Source of the DNA: an uncultured Nitrospiraceae bacterium | GTDB taxonomy: Bacteria > Nitrospirota > Nitrospiria > Nitrospirales > Nitrospiraceae | DNA length: 64,000 nucleotides | Assembly: GCA_963846575.1 (NCBI GenBank) | Contig: CAWJWJ010000002.1 | Coordinates: forward strand, 1,984,001 to 2,048,000 | Reading direction: 5' to 3' | Shown: positions 60,195-64,000 of the stretch, one piece after another | Layout: every line of letters starts with the position of its first letter | Position numbering within the stretch: the stretch's first letter is position 1 | Made by a program: the position numbers and the translations under genes | Notes under the pieces: model-generated | Told to the model about the DNA's origin: nothing | Database searches by the model: none | What the model saw: the letters and a program-made list of their open reading frames with translations, nothing else

Positions 60195-62030
60195 TCAGCT
60201 CCCGTTAAGAGCCCGGTCAAGATTGAAGGCGGAGCTGATGAGCGCCAGATGAGTGAAGGCCTGAGGAAAATTCCCCAAGGCCTCTCCGCTATCCCCCGTT
60301 TCCTCCGCGTACAACCCGAGATGGTTGGCATAGCCGAGCATCCGTTCGAACAGGAGCCGCGCCTCTTCGAGCTTGCGGCGGTCCGAGCGGCCGGCACGGG
60401 TCAGCGCCTCCACGAGCCAAAAGCTGCACATATTGAAGGTGCCTTCCGATCCGTCCAGGCCGTCGCTGCCTTTCGCCGCGTCGTAGCGATACACCAGTCC
60501 ATCGGACACGAGGCCATGCTCCGTCGGTGGGCGGTTGATCGCGGCCAGCGTCTTGAGCATCCGGGGGTCGGTCGGCGAGATGAAGCGCACGAGGGGCATG
60601 ATCAGGTTGGAGGCATCCAGCGAGTCGCTTCCGTAGGACTGCACGAAACTCTCGCGCGACTCGTTCCATCCTTTTGTCATGATTTCTTCATAAATACGAT
60701 CCCTGGTCGTCAGCCATTTGAGATGGTCCGCCGGCAGCGACCGCTTGCCGGAAAGGCGCAGGCCTCGATCCAAGGCCACCCAGCACATGAGTTTGGAGTA
60801 GACAAAATGGCGGCGGCCGCCGCGGACTTCCCAGATGCCTTCGTCCTCACGTGTCCAGTTGTCGCACAGCCATTCCAATGAGTCGCGCACGTGGCCCCAG
60901 CTGCGGTAGGAGATGGGGGTCACGCCTTTGTCGTACAGATAGATGGAGTCCAGCAGTTCTCCATAGATATCCAGCTGCAAGTGCCGATAGGCATCATTGC
61001 CGATGCGGACCGGCCGCGAGCCCTTGTAGCCATCCAAGTGATCGAGGAGCTGCTCCGTCAAATCGGTGCGGCCGTCGATGCCGTAGACGATCTGCAGCGG
61101 ACCTGGCGCAGCGCATTCATTCCGCACCCGGGTATCCAGCCAGTTCATAAAGGCCGTTGCTTCCCGCGTGAAGCCGATGCGGAGGAAGCCATAGAGGGTG
61201 AAGGCCGAGTCCCTGATCCAGGTGTAGCGATAGTCCCAATTACGCACCCCGCCGAGCTGCTCGGGAAGGCCGCAGGTCGGCGCCGCAACGATGGCTCCGG
61301 TCGGTTCGTAGGTCAGCAGTTTCAACACCAGCGCCGAGCGGGATACCATCTCACGCCACCGGCCCGTGTAGCGGCTATGTGACAACCATTCATGCCAAAA
61401 GTCTATGGTCGATTGGAACACGGCCTCGGCATGGCCCTCCGGCAAAATGCCCCCGCAGCGTTCCCCGTCAGCGATTCCACGCAAGACACAGACCGCGTGT
61501 TCTCCTCGCTGCAACGTGAACTCCGCGAAGACGCCCCGCCCGTCCTGCTTGAGCGGCAGGATCGTCGCGAGTCCCAAGGTCAGCCCCGGTGTGGAAAAGA
61601 CTGCCCCGCCCGAGCTGATGTGCGTTTCGTGAGGTCTACGCGCATAGTCGAAGGCGGGATGACATTCGAGACGGAACGTCACCTGCCCGCGCACCACTTT
61701 GACGCGGCGAACCAACTGGTGGAACAGGTCGGGACCTTCATGGGTGCTGACCGGCATGAAGTCTTCGATCTCCCCGACACCTTCGCTCGACAAAAAACGC
61801 GTGACCAACACGTTCGTATCCGGCCAATAGAACTGCTTGGTGGTCGTCTGAGTCAGACAGGGGGCGATACTGAACCGGCCACCTTTGACGTCGTCGAGAA
61901 TGGCCGCGAAGACGCTGGGAGAATCGAAGTAGGGGAAACACAACCAATCGATGGAGCCATCCCGTCCCACCAGGGCGCTGGTGCGCATATTGCCGATGAT
62001 CCCGTAGTTTTCGATAGGTTGATAGGCCAT
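60195..62030 (-). CDS. Glycoside hydrolase family 15 (glucoamylase/trehalase-like)
   Basis: [48 protein letters not shown]. Confidence 0.93.
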   Translation of the reverse strand: MAYQPIENYGIIGNMRTSALVGRDGSIDWLCFPYFDSPSVFAAILDDVKGGRFSIAPCLTQTTTKQFYWPDTNVLVTRFLSSEGVGEIEDFMPVSTHEGPDLFHQLVRRVKVVRGQVTFRLECHPAFDYARRPHETHISSGGAVFSTPGLTLGLATILPLKQDGRGVFAEFTLQRGEHAVCVLRGIADGERCGGILPEGHAEAVFQSTIDFWHEWLSHSRYTGRWREMVSRSALVLKLLTYEPTGAIVAAPTCGLPEQLGGVRNWDYRYTWIRDSAFTLYGFLRIGFTREATAFMNWLDTRVRNECAAPGPLQIVYGIDGRTDLTEQLLDHLDGYKGSRPVRIGNDAYRHLQLDIYGELLDSIYLYDKGVTPISYRSWGHVRDSLEWLCDNWTREDEGIWEVRGGRRHFVYSKLMCWVALDRGLRLSGKRSLPADHLKWLTTRDRIYEEIMTKGWNESRESFVQSYGSDSLDASNLIMPLVRFISPTDPRMLKTLAAINRPPTEHGLVSDGLVYRYDAAKGSDGLDGSEGTFNMCSFWLVEALTRAGRSDRRKLEEARLLFERMLGYANHLGLYAEETGDSGEALGNFPQAFTHLALISSAFNLDRALNGS

Positions 62031-62345
62031 GATCAATCCGTGAGGTTTGATCTGCTTTCCGTAAGGCCCCGATGCCATAGCCTGTTCATCACTCGACGGT
62101 ATCAGAAATACTGTGGTGCGGCCAGAGTTCCCTGGCGGGCGTCGATGCATGGTTGACCGGAATCAAGTTGAACGGAGCCCCTGGCTCCGATCCGGGAATA
62201 CTGGGGGCATTCCGAGTAGCTGCCGGTCAACCCATCGCTTATGATAGAAAGGAAATCAGGATCGACTCTTCATTCAGCATTCTTCTCCGGTCTTGTGAGG
62301 GTGATCGAAACCGTCGGAGAAGATCGTTCGAGGGAGGCTGACCAC

Positions 62346-62660
62346 ATGCAGATTCAGGTCAACACAGACAACAACATCGTAGGGCGGGAGGATGTCGTCC
62401 GGCTCGTCACCACCTCCATCGAGGGTGCGATAGGCCGTTTTACCGACCGGATCACCCGCATAGAGGCGCACCTGAGTGACACGAACAGTCACAAATCCAA
62501 AGGTGAAGACAAACGCTGCGTCCTTGAAGCGAGGCTGGCCGGTCTCCAACCCATCGCGGTGAGCCATGAAGCGGCAACGATTGAACTGGCGGTGAATGCA
62601 GCTGCGGACAAACTGGAGCGGTCAATCGAAAGCAGTGTCGGACGGATTCAGGACCGATAA
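62346..62660 (+). CDS. HPF/RaiA-family ribosome-associated protein
   Basis: MQIQVNTD, ITRIEAHLSD.N..K...DKRCVLEAR. Confidence 0.85.
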   Translation: MQIQVNTDNNIVGREDVVRLVTTSIEGAIGRFTDRITRIEAHLSDTNSHKSKGEDKRCVLEARLAGLQPIAVSHEAATIELAVNAAADKLERSIESSVGRIQDR

Positions 62661-63048
62661 GGGTTTGCGGCTGCCAGGACGGCCTGAGCTGCGACTCTGA
62701 ATTGACGGCTCGGCGATCGCCTGGCGCAGGCTTTACGGCCTGGACAGTCCACACACCACCGCCTTCTCGGCGGTCTTGAGAGCCAGCTACGCGCGCAGCC
62801 GACTGCCCGAGCGGCACCTACCCCTGGCGCGATGTGCCAGAGATCGCTTAATTTTCGTCATGCCGCCTTGAAGTCTGAGCGGTGCGTGCGTCGGGTTGGA
62901 TGCATAGGCCGGACAGGTTGACTCGAACCCTCAGAAGTCTCGCGGCCCTTGCCAGGGTGGCCGGCAGGCGTCCGGAAAACATGTCGCGGCGGACCCTATC
63001 TCTGCCCTGCCACACCCCGCACAAATCCGGACATCGCCTTCCACCGCT

Positions 63049-64000
63049 TCATGCACCCTGGTCCGTAACGACCGTCGACACCTGGTTCCCCGGGCCAACA
63101 AGGCCCTGGTACCCCGATCTTTTCAGCACAGATTGAATCGCTTGATACAGTTCATCCACCGCGGCTTCCTTGGTCAGGAGCAGTGCGGCGCCGGCTTTCT
63201 GCATCGCCTCCTGGTTGTCGGTCTCAGTGTTCACCGACAACCCAATGATCGTGATGCCGGGAAAGTCTGCTTTGATACGAGCTGTGGCTTCGATCCCGTT
63301 GAGTCTCGGCATATTGATATCCATGATGACCACCGGCGGTTGCAGAGTGTGCACGAGCGAAATCGCTTCTTCGCCGTCAGCAGCCTCTCCCATTAACAGT
63401 ATGTCGGGATAGTTGGCCAAGACAGCGCGGAGCCCTTCACGGATCATGGCGTGATCATCAACCAGGATTACCCCGATCATGCCCATTTTGTGCGTGGGCC
63501 GGTTCGATTCGTTTGAGGCCTCGATCGGAGAAAGTGACGGCGCAGACTTGGGCGGCCCCTGATCCACCAATGGGAGCTGCAGCAGACAGGTCGTCCCCAG
63601 GCCAGGAGCCGTGACGATATCCAGCGTGCCTCCGAGTGACTTCATACGCTCGCGAATGCTGAACAATCCGAATTTTGACGACTGTCCCGGAGTATTCTGG
63701 ACGGCGGCCTCCCAATCGAACCCCGCACCTTCGTCTCTTACCGAGAGGCACAGCCCGACATCGCGCTGGGTGACCTCCACCCACGCTCGGTTACACTTGG
63801 CATGCTTGGCCGCGTTGATGAGCAACTCCCGGACGGATTGGAAGAGGAGCACTGCCTGAGCCTCCGGCAGGACGATGGTCTCATGCTCAGACTCCACGGT
63901 CACCCGTAATTCATGACGTTGCATCCATTCGGCCAACCACTTGAGCCCCGCCACGAGTCCATGTTCCCGCAGCACCGGGGGACTGAGTTCAGCCACGAGA
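63049..64000 (-). CDS. C-terminal part of a hybrid sensor histidine kinase (NarX-type HATPase) with receiver domain; 5' end lies outside the window
   Basis: RELLINAAKHA, VRDEGAGF, FGLFSIRER, PGLGT; receiver ILVDDH, MDINMP.LNGIEAT. Confidence 0.85.
   Translation of the reverse strand, partial: LVAELSPPVLREHGLVAGLKWLAEWMQRHELRVTVESEHETIVLPEAQAVLLFQSVRELLINAAKHAKCNRAWVEVTQRDVGLCLSVRDEGAGFDWEAAVQNTPGQSSKFGLFSIRERMKSLGGTLDIVTAPGLGTTCLLQLPLVDQGPPKSAPSLSPIEASNESNRPTHKMGMIGVILVDDHAMIREGLRAVLANYPDILLMGEAADGEEAISLVHTLQPPVVIMDINMPRLNGIEATARIKADFPGITIIGLSVNTETDNQEAMQKAGAALLLTKEAAVDELYQAIQSVLKRSGYQGLVGPGNQVSTVVTDQGA

Noticed and set aside
62661..63048. Small ORFs or ncRNA between HPF and the hybrid kinase
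   Set aside because: No motif, RBS-supported ORF or recognisable RNA family.

Overview
A 64 kb window of a GC-rich bacterial chromosome. Gene content and order (short EF-Ts, ccsA-hemA-hemC-cobA/hemD-CBS-hemB, tandem DUF151 genes before rplM-rpsI-argC-argJ-rpsB) suggest Nitrospira; this is inference, not a database result. Positions ~1.4-39 kb are mostly core genes: tRNA-Gly(CCC), tyrS, comEA, lpdA, gcvH, ndk, mtnA, comEC, glmM-folP-ftsH-hpt-tilS-ribF, the heme operon, tRNA-Leu(CAA), rplM/rpsI, argCJ, rpsB-tsf-pyrH-frr and alr. Positions 39-54 kb hold small redox and cofactor genes and an uncharacterised cluster: two paralogous B12-binding radical SAM enzymes, a DUF512-like radical SAM, a degenerate J-domain protein, a PhzF-like isomerase and a Zn-binding oxidoreductase. 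Positions 54-64 kb look accessory: a long palindrome, an SRA-like/HNH nuclease, pyk, a LysR-TPMT-truncated MFS block bracketed by a 19-bp direct repeat, GH15, HPF and a partial hybrid kinase/regulator. Several genes carry single-base frameshifts (lpdA, gcvH, a TPR-glycoside hydrolase lipoprotein, DegT, a DUF4403-like gene, possibly the second DUF151). Each can be read as one doubled base, so sequencing error is the most likely cause. No CRISPR array, rRNA, integrase or transposase was seen.
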